Assembly (NCBI GenBank): GCA_964016885.1
Contig: OZ024754.1
Coordinates: 19,778,001-19,842,000 of the forward strand
Length of the DNA: 64,000 nt
Reading direction: 5' to 3'
DNA from: Eledone cirrhosa
Taxonomy: Eukaryota
Shown here: positions 26,073 to 39,800 of the stretch, piece by piece
How the letters are laid out: each line of letters starts with the position of its first letter
How positions within the stretch are numbered: the stretch's first letter is position 1
Made by a program: the position numbers and the translations under genes
Notes under the pieces: generated by a model
Told to the model about the DNA's origin: nothing
The model's input: only the letters and a program-made list of their open reading frames with translations
The model's database searches: none

Positions 26073-29000
26073 ATGACTCTTCCATGATATAGTTACTTTA
26101 GTTTCAACACAGTCTCAGATCAAGTGACTTTCTAGACATGTACAACTGTGGCTAAATTGATTCTTCCATGATATAGTTACTTTAGTTTCAACACAATCTC
26201 AGATCAAGTCACTTGCCAGACATCTACAACTGTGGCTAAAATGACTCTTCCATGATATAGTTACTTTAGTCTCAACACAATCTCAGATCAAGTCACTTAC
26301 CATACATGTACAACTGTGGCTAGAATGACTCTTCCATGAATTAGTTACTTTAGTTTCAACACAATCTAAGATCAAGTCACTTGCCAGACATGTGCAACTG
26401 TGGCTAGAATGACTCATCAATGATATAGTTACTTTAGTTTCAACACAATCTCAGATCAAGTCACTTGCCAGACATGTACAACTGTGGCTGAAATGACTCT
26501 TCCATGATATTGTTACTTTAGATTCAACACAATCTCAGATCAAGTCACTTACCATACATGTACAACTGTGGCTAGAATGACTCTTCCATGATTTAGTTAC
26601 TTTAGTTTCAACACAATCTCAGATCAAGTCACTTGCCAGACATGTACAACTGTGGCTAAAATGACTCTTCCATGATATAGTTACTTTAGATTCAACACAA
26701 TCTCAGATCAAGTCACTTACCATACACGTATAACTGTGGCTAGAATGACTCTTCCATGATTTAGTTACTTTAGTTTCAACACAATCTCAGATCAAGTCAC
26801 TTGCCAGACATGTACAACTGTTGCAAAAATGACTCTTCCATGATATAGTTACTTTAGTTTCAACACAATCTCATATCAAGTCACTTGCCAGACATGTACA
26901 ACTGTGGCTAAAATGACTCTTCCATGATATAGTTACTTTAGTTTCAACACATTCACAGATCAAGTCATTTGCCAGACATGTACAACTGTGGCTAAAATGA
27001 CTATCCATGATATAGTTACTTTAGTTTCAACACAGACTCAGATCAAGTCACTTGCCAGACATGTACAACTGTTGCTAAAATGACTCTTCCATGATATAGT
27101 TACTTCAGATTCAACACAGTCTCAGATCAAGTCACTTGCCAGACATGTACAACTGTGGCTAAAATGACTCTTCCATGATATAGTTACTTTAGTTTCAACA
27201 CAGTCACAAATCAAGTCACTTACCATGGACGTACAACTGTGGCTAAAATGACTCTTCCATGATATAGTTACTTTAGTTTCAACACAGTCTCAGATCAAGT
27301 CACTTGCCAGACATGTACAACTGTGGCTAAAATGACTCTTCCATGATATAGTTACTTTAGTTTGAACACAGTCTTAGATCAAGTCACTTGCCAGACATGT
27401 ACAACTGTGGCTAAAATAACTCTTCCATGATATAGTTACTTTAGTTTCAACACAGTCACAGATCAAGTCACTTGCCACACATGTACAAGTGTAGCAAAAA
27501 TGACTCTTCAATGATATAGTTACTTTAGTTTCAACACAATCTCAGATCAAGACACTTACCAGACATGTAAAACTGTGGCTAAAATGACTCTTCCATGATA
27601 TAGTTACTTTAGTTTCAACACAATCTCAGATCAAGTCACTTGCCAGACATGTACAACTGTGGCTAAAATGACTCTTCCATGATATAGTTACTTCAGAGTC
27701 AACACAGTCTCAGATCAAGTCACTTGCCAGACATGTACAAGTGTGGCTAAAATGACTCTACCATGATATAGTTACTTTAGTTTCAAAACAGTCACAGATC
27801 AAGTCACTTGCCAGACATGTACAAGTGTAGCAAAAATGACTCTTCAATGATATAGTTACTTTAGTTTCAACACAATCTCAGATCAAGTCACTTGCCAGGG
27901 ATGTACAACTGTAACTAAAATGACTCTTCCATGATATAGTTACTTTAGTTTCAACAAAGTCACAGATCAAGTCACTTGCCAGACATGTACAACTGTGACT
28001 AAAATGATTCTTCCATGATATAGTTACTTTAGTTTCAAAACAATCTCAGATAAAGTCACTTGCCAGACATGTACAACTGTGGCTAACATGACTCTTCCAT
28101 GGTATGGTTACTTGAGTTTCAACACAGTCTCAGATCAAGTCACTTGCCAGACATGTTCAACTGTGGCTAATATGACTCTTCCATGATATAGTTACTTTAG
28201 TTTGGACACAGTCTCAGATCAAGTCACTTGCCAGACATGTACAACTGTGGCTAACCTGACTCTTCCATGATATAGTTACTTTAGTTTGAACACAGTCTTA
28301 GATCAAGTCACTTACCAGACATGTACAACTGAGGCTAAGATGACTCTTCCATGATATAGTTACTTTAGTTTCACCACAGTCACAGATCAAGTCACTTGCC
28401 AGACATGTACAACTGTAGCTAAAATGACTCTTCCATGATATAGTTACTTTAGATTCAACACAATCTCAGATCAAGTCACTTACCATACATGTACAACTGT
28501 GGCTAGAATGACTCTTCCATGATTTAGTTACTTTAGTTTCAACACAATCTCAGATCAAGTCACTTGCCAGATATGTACAACTGTGGCTAAAATGACTCTT
28601 CCATGATATAGTTACTTTAGATTCAACACAATCTCAGATCAAGTCACTTACCATACATGTACAACTGTGGCTAGAATGACTCTTCCATGATTTAGTTACT
28701 TTAGTTTCAACACAATCTCAGATCAAGTCACTTGCCAGACATGTACAACTGTAGCTAAAATGACTCTTCCATGATATAGTTACTTTAGTTTCAACACAGT
28801 CTCAGATCAAGTGACTTGCCAGACATGTACATCTCTGGTTAAAATGACCCTTCCATGATATAGTTACTTTAGTTTCACTACAGTCACAGGTCAAGTCACT
28901 TGCATACATGTACAACTGTGGCTAAAATGACTCTTCCATGATATAGTTACTTTAGTTTCAACACAGTCTCAGATCAAGTCACTTGCCAGACATGTACAAC

Positions 29001-32000
29001 TGTAGCTAAAATTAATCTTCCATGATATAGTACTTTAGTTACAACACAGTCTCAGATCAAGTCACTTGCCAGACATCTACAACTGTGGCTAAAATGACTC
29101 TTCCATGATATAGTTACTTTAGTCTCAACACAGACTCAGATCAAGTCACTTGCCAGACATGTACAACTGTGGCTAAAATGACTCTTCCATGATATAGTTA
29201 CTTTAGATTCAACACAATCTCAGATCAAGTCACTTACCATACATGTACAACTGTGGCTAGAATGACTCTTCCATGAATTAGTTACTTTAGTTTCAACACA
29301 ATCTAAGATCAAGTCACTTGCCAGACATGTGCAACTGTGGCTAGAATGACTCATCAATGATATAGTTACTTTAGTTTCAACACAATCTCAGATCAAGTCA
29401 CTTGCCAGACATGTACAACTGTGGCTAAAATGACTCTTCCATGATATAGTTACTTTAGATTCAACACAATCTCAGATCAAGTCACTTACCATACATGTAC
29501 AACTGTGGCTAGAATGACTCTTCCATGATTTAGTTACTTTAGTTTCAACACAATCTCAGATCAAGTCACTTGCCAGACATGTACAACTGTAGCTAAAATG
29601 ACTCTTCCATGATATAGTTACTTTAGTTTCAACACAGTCTCAGATCAAGTGACTTGCCAGACATGTACATCTCTGGTTAAAATGACCCTTCCATGATATA
29701 GTTACTTTAGTTTCACTACAGTCACAGGTCAGGTCACTTGCATACATGTACAAATGTGGCTAAAATGACTCTTCCATGATATAGTTACTTTAGTTTCAAC
29801 ACAGTCTCAGATCAAGTGACTTTCTAGACATGTACAACTGTGGCTAAATTGATTCTTCCATGATATAGTTACTTTAGTTTCAACACAATCTCAGATCAAG
29901 TCACTTGCCAGACATCTACAACTGTGGCTAAAATGACTCTTCCATGATATAGTTACTTTAGTCTCAACACAATCTCAGATCAAGTCACTTACCATACATG
30001 TACAACTGTGGCTAGAATGACTCTTCCATGAATTAGTTACTTTAGTTTCAACACAATCTAAGATCAAGTCACTTGCCAGACATGTGCAACTGTGGCTAGA
30101 ATGACTCATCAATGATATAGTTACTTTAGTTTCAACACAATCTCAGATCAAGTCACTTGCCAGACATGTACAACTGTGGCTGAAATGACTCTTCCATGAT
30201 ATTGTTACTTTAGATTCAACACAATCTCAGATCAAGTCACTTACCATACATGTACAACTGTGGCTAGAATGACTCTTCCATGATTTAGTTACTTTAGTTT
30301 CAACACAATCTCAGATCAAGTCACTTGCCAGACATGTACAACTGTGGCTAAAATGACTCTTCCATGATATAGTTACTTTAGATTCAACACAATCTCAGAT
30401 CAAGTCACTTACCATACACGTATAACTGTGGCTAGAATGACTCTTCCATGATTTAGTTACTTTAGTTTCAACACAATCTCAGATCAAGTCACTTGCCAGA
30501 CATGTACAACTGTTGCTAAAATGACTCTTCCATGATATAGTTACTTTAGTTTCAACACAATCTCATATCAAATCACTTGCCAGACATGTACAACTGTGGC
30601 TAAAATGACTCTTCCATGATATAGTTACTTTAGTTTCAACACATTCACAGATCAAGTCATTTGCCAGACATGTACAACTGTGGCTAAAATGACTATCCAT
30701 GATATAGTTACTTTAGTTTCAACACAGACTCAGATCAAGTCACTTGCCAGACATGTACAACTGTTGCTAAAATGACTCTTCCATGATATAGTTACTTCAG
30801 ATTCAACACAGTCTCAGATCAAATCACTTGCCAGACATGTACAACTGTGGCTAAAATGACTCTTCCATGATATAGTTACTTTAGTTTCAACACAGTCACA
30901 AATCAAGTCACTTACCATGGACGTACAACTGTGGCTAAAATGACTCTTCCATGATATAGTTACTTTAGTTTCAACACAGTCTCAGATCAAGTCACTTGCC
31001 AGACATGTACAACTGTGGCTAAAATGACTCTTCCATGATATAGTTACTTTAGTTTGAACACAGTCTTAGATCAAGTCACTTGCCAGACATGTACAACTGT
31101 GGCTAAAATAACTCTTCCATGATATAGTTACTTTAGTTTCAACACAGTCACAGATCAAGTCACTTGCCACACATGTACAAGTGTAGCAAAAATGACTCTT
31201 CAATGATATAGTTACTTTAGTTTCAACACAATCTCAGATCAAGACACTTACCAGACATGTAAAACTGTGGCTAAAATGACTCTTCCATGATATAGTTACT
31301 TTAGTTTCAACACAATCTCAGATCAAGTCACTTGCCAGACATGTACAACTGTGGCTAAAATGACTCTTCCATGATATAGTTACTTCAGAGTCAACACAGT
31401 CTCAGATCAAGTCACTTGCCAGACATGTACAAGTGTGGCTAAAATGACTCTACCATGATATAGTTACTTTAGTTTCAAAACAGTCACAGATCAAGTCACT
31501 TGCCAGTCATGTACAAGTGTAGCAAAAATGACTCTTCAATGATATAGTTACTTTAGTTTCAACACAATCTCAGATCAAGTCACTTGCCAGGGATGTACAA
31601 CTGTAACTAAAATGACTCTTCCATGATATAGTTACTTTAGTTTCAACAAAGTCACAGATCAAGTCACTTGCCAGACATGTACAACTGTGACTAAAATGAT
31701 TCTTCCATGATATAGTTACTTTAGTTTCAAAACAATCTCAGATAAAGTCACTTGCCAGACATGTACAACTGTGGCTAACATGACTCTTCCATGGTATGGT
31801 TACTTGAGTTTCAACACAGTCTCAGATCAAGTCACTTGCCAGACATGTTCAACTGTGGCTAATATGACTCTTCCATGATATAGTTACTTTAGTTTGGACA
31901 CAGTCTCAGATCAAGTCACTTGCCAGACATGTACAACTGTGGCTAACCTGACTCTTCCATGATATAGTTACTTTAGTTTGAACACAGTCTTAGATCAAGT

Positions 32001-33475
32001 CACTTACCAGACATGTACAACTGAGGCTAAGATGACTCTTCCATGATATAGTTACTTTAGTTTCACCACAGTCACAGATCAAGTCACTTGCCAGACATGT
32101 ACAACTGTAGCTAAAATGACTCTTCCATGATATAGTTACTTTAGATTCAACACAATCTCAGATCAAGTCACTTACCATACATGTACAACTGTGGCTAGAA
32201 TGACTCTTCCATGATTTAGTTACTTTAGTTTCAACACAATCTCAGATCAAGTCACTTGCCAGATATGTACAACTGTGGCTAAAATGACTCTTCCATGATA
32301 TAGTTACTTTAGATTCAACACAATCTCAGATCAAGTCACTTACCATACATGTACAACTGTGGCTAGAATGACTCTTCCATGATTTAGTTACTTTAGTTTC
32401 AACACAATCTCAGATCAAGTCACTTGCCAGACATGTACAACTGTAGCTAAAATGACTCTTCCATGATATAGTTACTTTAGTTTCAACACAGTCTCAGATC
32501 AAGTGACTTGCCAGACATGTACATCTCTGGTTAAAATGACCCTTCCATGATATAGTTACTTTAGTTTCACTACAGTCACAGGTCAAGTCACTTGCATACA
32601 TGTACAACTGTGGCTAAAATGACTCTTCCATGATATAGTTACTTTAGTTTCAACACAGTCTCAGATCAAGTCACTTGCCAGACATGTACAACTGTAGCTA
32701 AAATTAATCTTCCATGATATAGTACTTTAGTTACAACACAGTCTCAGATCAAGTCACTTGCCAGACATCTACAACTGTGGCTAAAATGACTCTTCCATGA
32801 TATAGTTACTTTAGTCTCAACACAGACTCAGATCAAGTCACTTGCCAGACATGTACAACTGTGGCTAAAATGACTCTTCCATGATATAGTTACTTTAGAT
32901 TCAACACAATCTCAGATCAAGTCACTTACCATACATGTACAACTGTGGCTAGAATGACTCTTCCATGAATTAGTTACTTTAGTTTCAACACAATCTAAGA
33001 TCAAGTCACTTGCCAGACATGTGCAACTGTGGCTAGAATGACTCATCAATGATATAGTTACTTTAGTTTCAACACAATCTCAGATCAAGTCACTTGCCAG
33101 ACATGTACAACTGTGGCTAAAATGACTCTTCCATGATATAGTTACTTTAGATTCAACACAATCTCAGATCAAGTCACTTACCATACATGTACAACTGTGG
33201 CTAGAATGACTCTTCCATGATTTAGTTACTTTAGTTTCAACACAATCTCAGATCAAGTCACTTGCCAGACATGTACAACTGTAGCTAAAATGACTCTTCC
33301 ATGATATAGTTACTTTAGTTTCAACACAGTCTCAGATCAAGTGACTTGCCAGACATGTACATCTCTGGTTAAAATGACCCTTCCATGATATAGTTACTTT
33401 AGTTTCACTACAGTCACAGGTCAGGTCACTTGCATACATGTACAAATGTGGCTAAAATGACTCTTCCATGATATA
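26073..33475. repeat. Tandem block duplication, period 3692 bp (44 monomers), two copies
   Basis: Markers at offset 3692: CATACACG 26721/30413, GGTATGGTTACTTGAG 28101/31793, AGGTCACTTGCATACATGTACAAATG 29731/33423. I saw at least four substitutions between the copies. Confidence 0.92.
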
Positions 33476-36400
33476 TTTACTTTAGTTTCACCACAGTCAC
33501 AGATCAAGTGACTTGCCAGACATGTACAACTGTGGCTAAAATGACTCTTCCATGATATAGTTACTTTAGTTTCAACACAGTCTCAGATCAAGTCACTTGC
33601 CAGACATGTACAACTGTAGCTAAAATTAATCTTCCATGATATAGTACTTTAGTTACAACACAATCTCAGATCAAGTCACTTGCCAGACATGTACAACTGT
33701 GGCTAAAATCACTCTTCCATGATATAGTTACTTTAGTTTCAACACAGTCTCAGATCAAGTCACTTGTCAGACATGTACAACTGTGGCTAAAATGACTCTT
33801 CCATGATATAGTTACTTTAGTTTGAACACAGTCTTAGATCAAGTCACTTGCCAGACATGTACAACTGTGGCTAAAATAACTCTTCCATGATATAGTTACT
33901 TTAGTTTCAACACAGTCTCAGATAAAGTCACTTGCCAGAAATGTACAACTGTGGCTAAAATGACTGTTCCATGATATAGTTACTTTAGTTTCAACGCAGT
34001 CTCAGATCAAGTCACTTGCCAGACATGTACAACTGTGACTAAATTGATTCTTCCATGATATAGTTACTTTAGTTTCAACACAATCTCAGATCAAGTCACT
34101 TGCCAGACATGTACAACTGTGGCTAAAATGACTATCCATGATATAGTTACTTTAGTTTCAACACAGTCACAGATCAAGTCACTTACCAGACATGTAAAAC
34201 TGTAACTAACATGACTCTTCCATGATATAGTTACTTTAGTTTCAACACAGTCTCAGATCAAGTGACTTTCTAGACATGTACAACTGTGGCTAAAATGACT
34301 CTTCCATGATATAGTTACTTTAGTTTCAACACAACCTCAGATCAAGTCACTTACCAGACATGTAAAACTGTAGCTAACATGACTCTCCCATGATATAGTT
34401 ACTTTAGTTTCAACACAGTCTCAGATCAAGTGACTTTCTAGACATGTACAACTGTGGCTAAATTGATTCTTCCATGATATAGTTACTTTAGTTTCAACAC
34501 AATCTCAGATCAAGTCACTTGCCAGACATCTACAACTGTGGCTAAAATGACTCTTCCATGATATAATTACTTTAGTCTCAACACAATCTCAGATCAAGTC
34601 ACTTACCATACATGTACAACTGTGGCTAGAATGACTCTTCCATGAATTAGTTACTTTAGTTTCAACACAATCTAAGATCAAGTCACTTGCCAGACATGTG
34701 CAACTGTGGCTAGAATGACTCATCAATGATATAGTTACTTTAGTTTCAACACAATCTCAGATCAAGTCACTTGCCAGACATGTACAACTGTGGCTAAAAT
34801 GACTCTTCCATGATATTGTTACTTTAGATTCAACACAATCTCAGATCAAGTCACTTACCATACATGTACAACTGTGGCTAGAATGACTCTTCCATGATTT
34901 AGTTACTTTAGTTTCAACACAATCTCAGATCAAGTCACTTGCCAGACATGTACAACTGTGGCTAAAATGACTCTTCCATGATATAGTTACTTTAGATTCA
35001 ACACAATCTCAGATCAAGTCACTTACCATACATGTATAACTGTGGCTAGAATGACTCTTCCATGATTTAGTTACTTTAGTTTCAACACAATCTCAGATCA
35101 AGTCACTTGCCAGACATGTACATCTCTGGTTAAAATGACCCTTCCATGATATAGTTACTTTAGTTTCACTACAGTCACAGGTCAGGTCACTTGCATACAT
35201 GTACAAATGTGGCTAAAATGACTCTTCCATGATATATTTACTTTAGTTTCACCACAGTCACAGATCAAGTGACTTGCCAGACATGTACAACTGTGGCTAA
35301 AATGACTCTTCCATGATATAGTTACTTTAGTTTCAACACAGTCTCAGATCAAGTCACTTGCCAGACATGTACAACTGTAGCTAAAATTAATCTTCCATGA
35401 TATAGTACTTTAGTTACAACACAATCTCAGATCAAGTCACTTGCCAGACATGTACAACTGTGGCTAAAATCACTCTTCCATGATATAGTTACTTTAGTTT
35501 CAACACAGTCTCAGATCAAGTCACTTGTCAGACATGTACAACTGTGGCTAAAATGACTCTTCCATGATATAGTTACTTTAGTTTGAACACAGTCTTAGAT
35601 CAAGTCACTTGCCAGACATGTACAACTGTGGCTAAAATAACTCTTCCATGATATAGTTACTTTAGTTTCAACACAGTCTCAGATAAAGTCACTTGCCAGA
35701 AATGTACAACTGTGGCTAAAATGACTGTTCCATGATATAGTTACTTTAGTTTCAACGCAGTCTCAGATCAAGTCACTTGCCAGACATGTACAACTGTGAC
35801 TAAATTGATTCTTCCATGATATAGTTACTTTAGTTTCAACACAATCTCAGATCAAGTCACTTGCCAGACATGTACAACTGTGGCTAAAATGACTATCCAT
35901 GATATAGTTACTTTAGTTTCAACACAGTCACAGATCAAGTCACTTACCAGACATGTAAAACTGTAACTAACATGACTCTTCCATGATATAGTTACTTTAG
36001 TTTCAACACAGTCTCAGATCAAGTGACTTTCTAGACATGTACAACTGTGGCTAAAATGACTCTTCCATGATATAGTTACTTTAGTTTCAACACAACCTCA
36101 GATCAAGTCACTTACCAGACATGTAAAACTGTAGCTAACATGACTCTCCCATGATATAGTTACTTTAGTTTCAACACAGTCTCAGATCAAGTGACTTTCT
36201 AGACATGTACAACTGTGGCTAAATTGATTCTTCCATGATATAGTTACTTTAGTTTCAACACAATCTCAGATCAAGTCACTTGCCAGACATCTACAACTGT
36301 GGCTAAAATGACTCTTCCATGATATAATTACTTTAGTCTCAACACAATCTCAGATCAAGTCACTTACCATACATGTACAACTGTGGCTAGAATGACTCTT

Positions 36401-36883
36401 CCATGAATTAGTTACTTTAGTTTCAACACAATCTAAGATCAAGTCACTTGCCAGACATGTGCAACTGTGGCTAGAATGACTCATCAATGATATAGTTACT
36501 TTAGTTTCAACACAATCTCAGATCAAGTCACTTGCCAGACATGTACAACTGTGGCTAAAATGACTCTTCCATGATATTGTTACTTTAGATTCAACACAAT
36601 CTCAGATCAAGTCACTTACCATACATGTACAACTGTGGCTAGAATGACTCTTCCATGATTTAGTTACTTTAGTTTCAACACAATCTCAGATCAAGTCACT
36701 TGCCAGACATGTACAACTGTGGCTAAAATGACTCTTCCATGATATAGTTACTTTAGATTCAACACAATCTCAGATCAAGTCACTTACCATACATGTATAA
36801 CTGTGGCTAGAATGACTCTTCCATGATTTAGTTACTTTAGTTTCAACACAATCTCAGATCAAGTCACTTGCCAGACATGTACA
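33344..36883. repeat. Tandem block duplication, period 1761 bp (21 monomers), two copies
   Basis: Markers at offset 1761: CAGAAATG 33936/35697, GACTCTCCC 34381/36142, ATATAATTACTTTAGTCTC 34561/36322. The match breaks at 33343/35104 and 35123/36884. Confidence 0.92.
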
Positions 36884-39800
36884 ACTGTTGCTAAAATGAC
36901 TCTTCCATGATATAGTTACTTTAGTTTCAACACAATCTCATATCAAGTCACTTGCCAGACATGTACAACTGTGGCTAAAATGACTCTTCCATGATATAGT
37001 TACTTTAGTTTCAACACAGTCACAAATCAAGTCACTTACCATGGACGTACAACTGTGGCTAAAATGACTCTTCCATGATATAGTTACTTTAGTTTCAACA
37101 CAGTCTCAGATCAAGTCACTTGCCAGACATGTACAACTGTGGCTAAAATGACTCTTCCATGATATAGTTACTTTAGTTTGAACACAGTCTTAGATCAAGT
37201 CACTTGCCAGACATGTACAACTGTGGCTAAAATAACTCTTCCATGATATAGTTACTTTAGTTTCAACACAGTCACAGATCAAGTCACTTGCCAGACATGT
37301 ACAAGTGTAGCAAAAATGACTCTTCAATGATATAGTTACTTTAGTTTCAACACAATCTCAGATCAAGACACTTACCAGACATGTAAAACTGTAGCTAACA
37401 TGACTCTTCCATGATATAGTTACTTTAGTTTCAACACAGTCTCAGATCAAGTGACTTTCCAGACATGTACAACTGTGGCGAGAATGACTCTTCCATGATA
37501 TAGTTACTTTAGTTTCAACACAATCTCAGATCAAGTCACTTGCCAGACATGTACAACTGTGGCTAAAATGACTCTTCCATGATATAGTTACTTCAGAGTC
37601 AACACAGTCTCAGATCAAGTCACTTGCCAGACATGTACAAGTGTGGCTAAAATGACTCTACCATGATATAGTTACTTTAGTTTCAAAACAGTCACAGATC
37701 AAGTCACTTGCCAGACATGTACAAGTGTAGCAAAAATGACTCTTCAATGATATAGTTACTTTAGTTTCAAAACAATCTCAGATAAAGTCACTTGCCAGAC
37801 ATGTACAACTGTGGCTAACATGACTCTTCCATGGTATGGTTACTTGAGTTTCAACACAGTCTCAGATCAAGTCACTTGCCAGACATGTTCAACTGTGGCT
37901 GATATGACTCTTCCATGATATAGTTACTTTAGTTTGGACACAGACTCAGATCAAGTCACTTGCCAGACATGTACAACTGTGGCTAACCTGACTCTTCCAT
38001 GATATAGTTACTTTAGTTTGAACACAGTCTTAGATCAAGTCACTTACCAGACATGTACAACTGAGGCTAAGATGACTCTTCCATGATATAGTTACTTTAG
38101 TTTCACCACAGTCACAGATCAAGTCACTTGCCAGACATGTACAACTGTGGATAAAATGACTTTTCCATGATATAGTTACTTTAGTTTCAACACAGTCACA
38201 GATCAAGACACTTACCAGACATCTATATCTGTAGCTAAAATGACTCTTCCATGATATAGTTACTTTAGTTTCAACACAATCTCAGATCAAGTCACTTGAC
38301 AGACATGTACAACTGTAGCTAAAATGAATCTTCCATTATATAGTACTTTAGTTACAACACAGTTTCAGATCAAGTCACTTGCCAGACATGTACAACTGTG
38401 GCTAAAATCACTCTTCCATGATATAGTTACTTTAGTTTCAACACAGTCTTTGATCAATCACTTGCCAGACATGTACAACTGTGGCTAAAATGACTCTTCC
38501 ATGATATAGTTACTTTAGTTTCAACACAGTCTCAGATCAAGTCACTTGCCAGACATGTACAACTGTTGCTAAAATGACTCTTCCATGATATAGTTACTTT
38601 AGTTTCAACACAGTCTCATATCAACTCACTTGCCAGACATGTACAACTGTGGCTAAAATGACTCTTCCATGATAAAGTTACTTCAGATTCAACACAGTCT
38701 CAGATCAAGTCACTTGCCAGACAAGTACAACTGTGGCTAAAATGACTATCCATGATATAGTTACTTTAGTTTCAACACAGTCACAGATCAAGACACTTAC
38801 CAGACATGTAAAACTGTAGCTAACATGACTCTTCCATGATATAGTTACTTTAGTTTCAACACAGTCTCAGATCAAGTCACTTGCCAGGCATGTACAACTG
38901 TGGCTAAAATGACTCTTCCATGATATAGTTACTTCAGATTCAACACAGTCTCAGATCAAGTCACTTGCCAGACATGTACCACTGTGGCTAAAATGACTCT
39001 TCCATGATATAGTTACTTTAGTTTCAACACAGTCACAAATCAAGTCACTTACCATGGACGTACAACTGTGGCTAAAATGACTCTTCCATGATATAGTTAC
39101 TTTAGTTTCAACACAGTCTCAGATCAAGTCACTTGCCAGACATGTACAACTGTGGCTAAAATGACTCTTCCATGATATAGTTACTTTAGTTTGAACACAG
39201 TCTTAGATCAAGTCACTTGCCAGACATGTACAACTGTGGCTAAAATAACTCTTCCATGATATAGTTACTTTAGTTTCAACACAGTCACAGATCAAGTCAC
39301 TTGCCAGACATGTACAAGTGTAGCAAAAATGACTCTTCAATGATATAGTTACTTTAGTTTCAACACAACCTCAGATCAAGACACTTACCAGACATGTAAA
39401 ACTGTAGCTAACATGACTCTTCCATGATATAGTTACTTTAGTTTCAACACAGTCTCAGATCAAGTGACTTTCCAGACATGTACAACTGTGGCTAAAATGA
39501 CTCTTCCATGATATAGTTACTTTAGTTTCAACACAGTCTCAGATCAAGTCACTTACCAGACATGTACAACTGTGGCTAAAATAACTCTTCCATGATATAG
39601 TTACTTTAGTTTCAACACAGTCTCAGATCAAGTGACTTTCCAGACATGTACAACTGTGGCTAAAATGACTCTTCCATGATATAGTTACTTTAGTTTCAAC
39701 ACATTCACAGATCAAGTCATTTGCCAGACATGTGCAACTGTGGCTAAAATGACTATCCATGATATAGTTACTTTAGTTTCAACACAGACTCAGATCAAGT

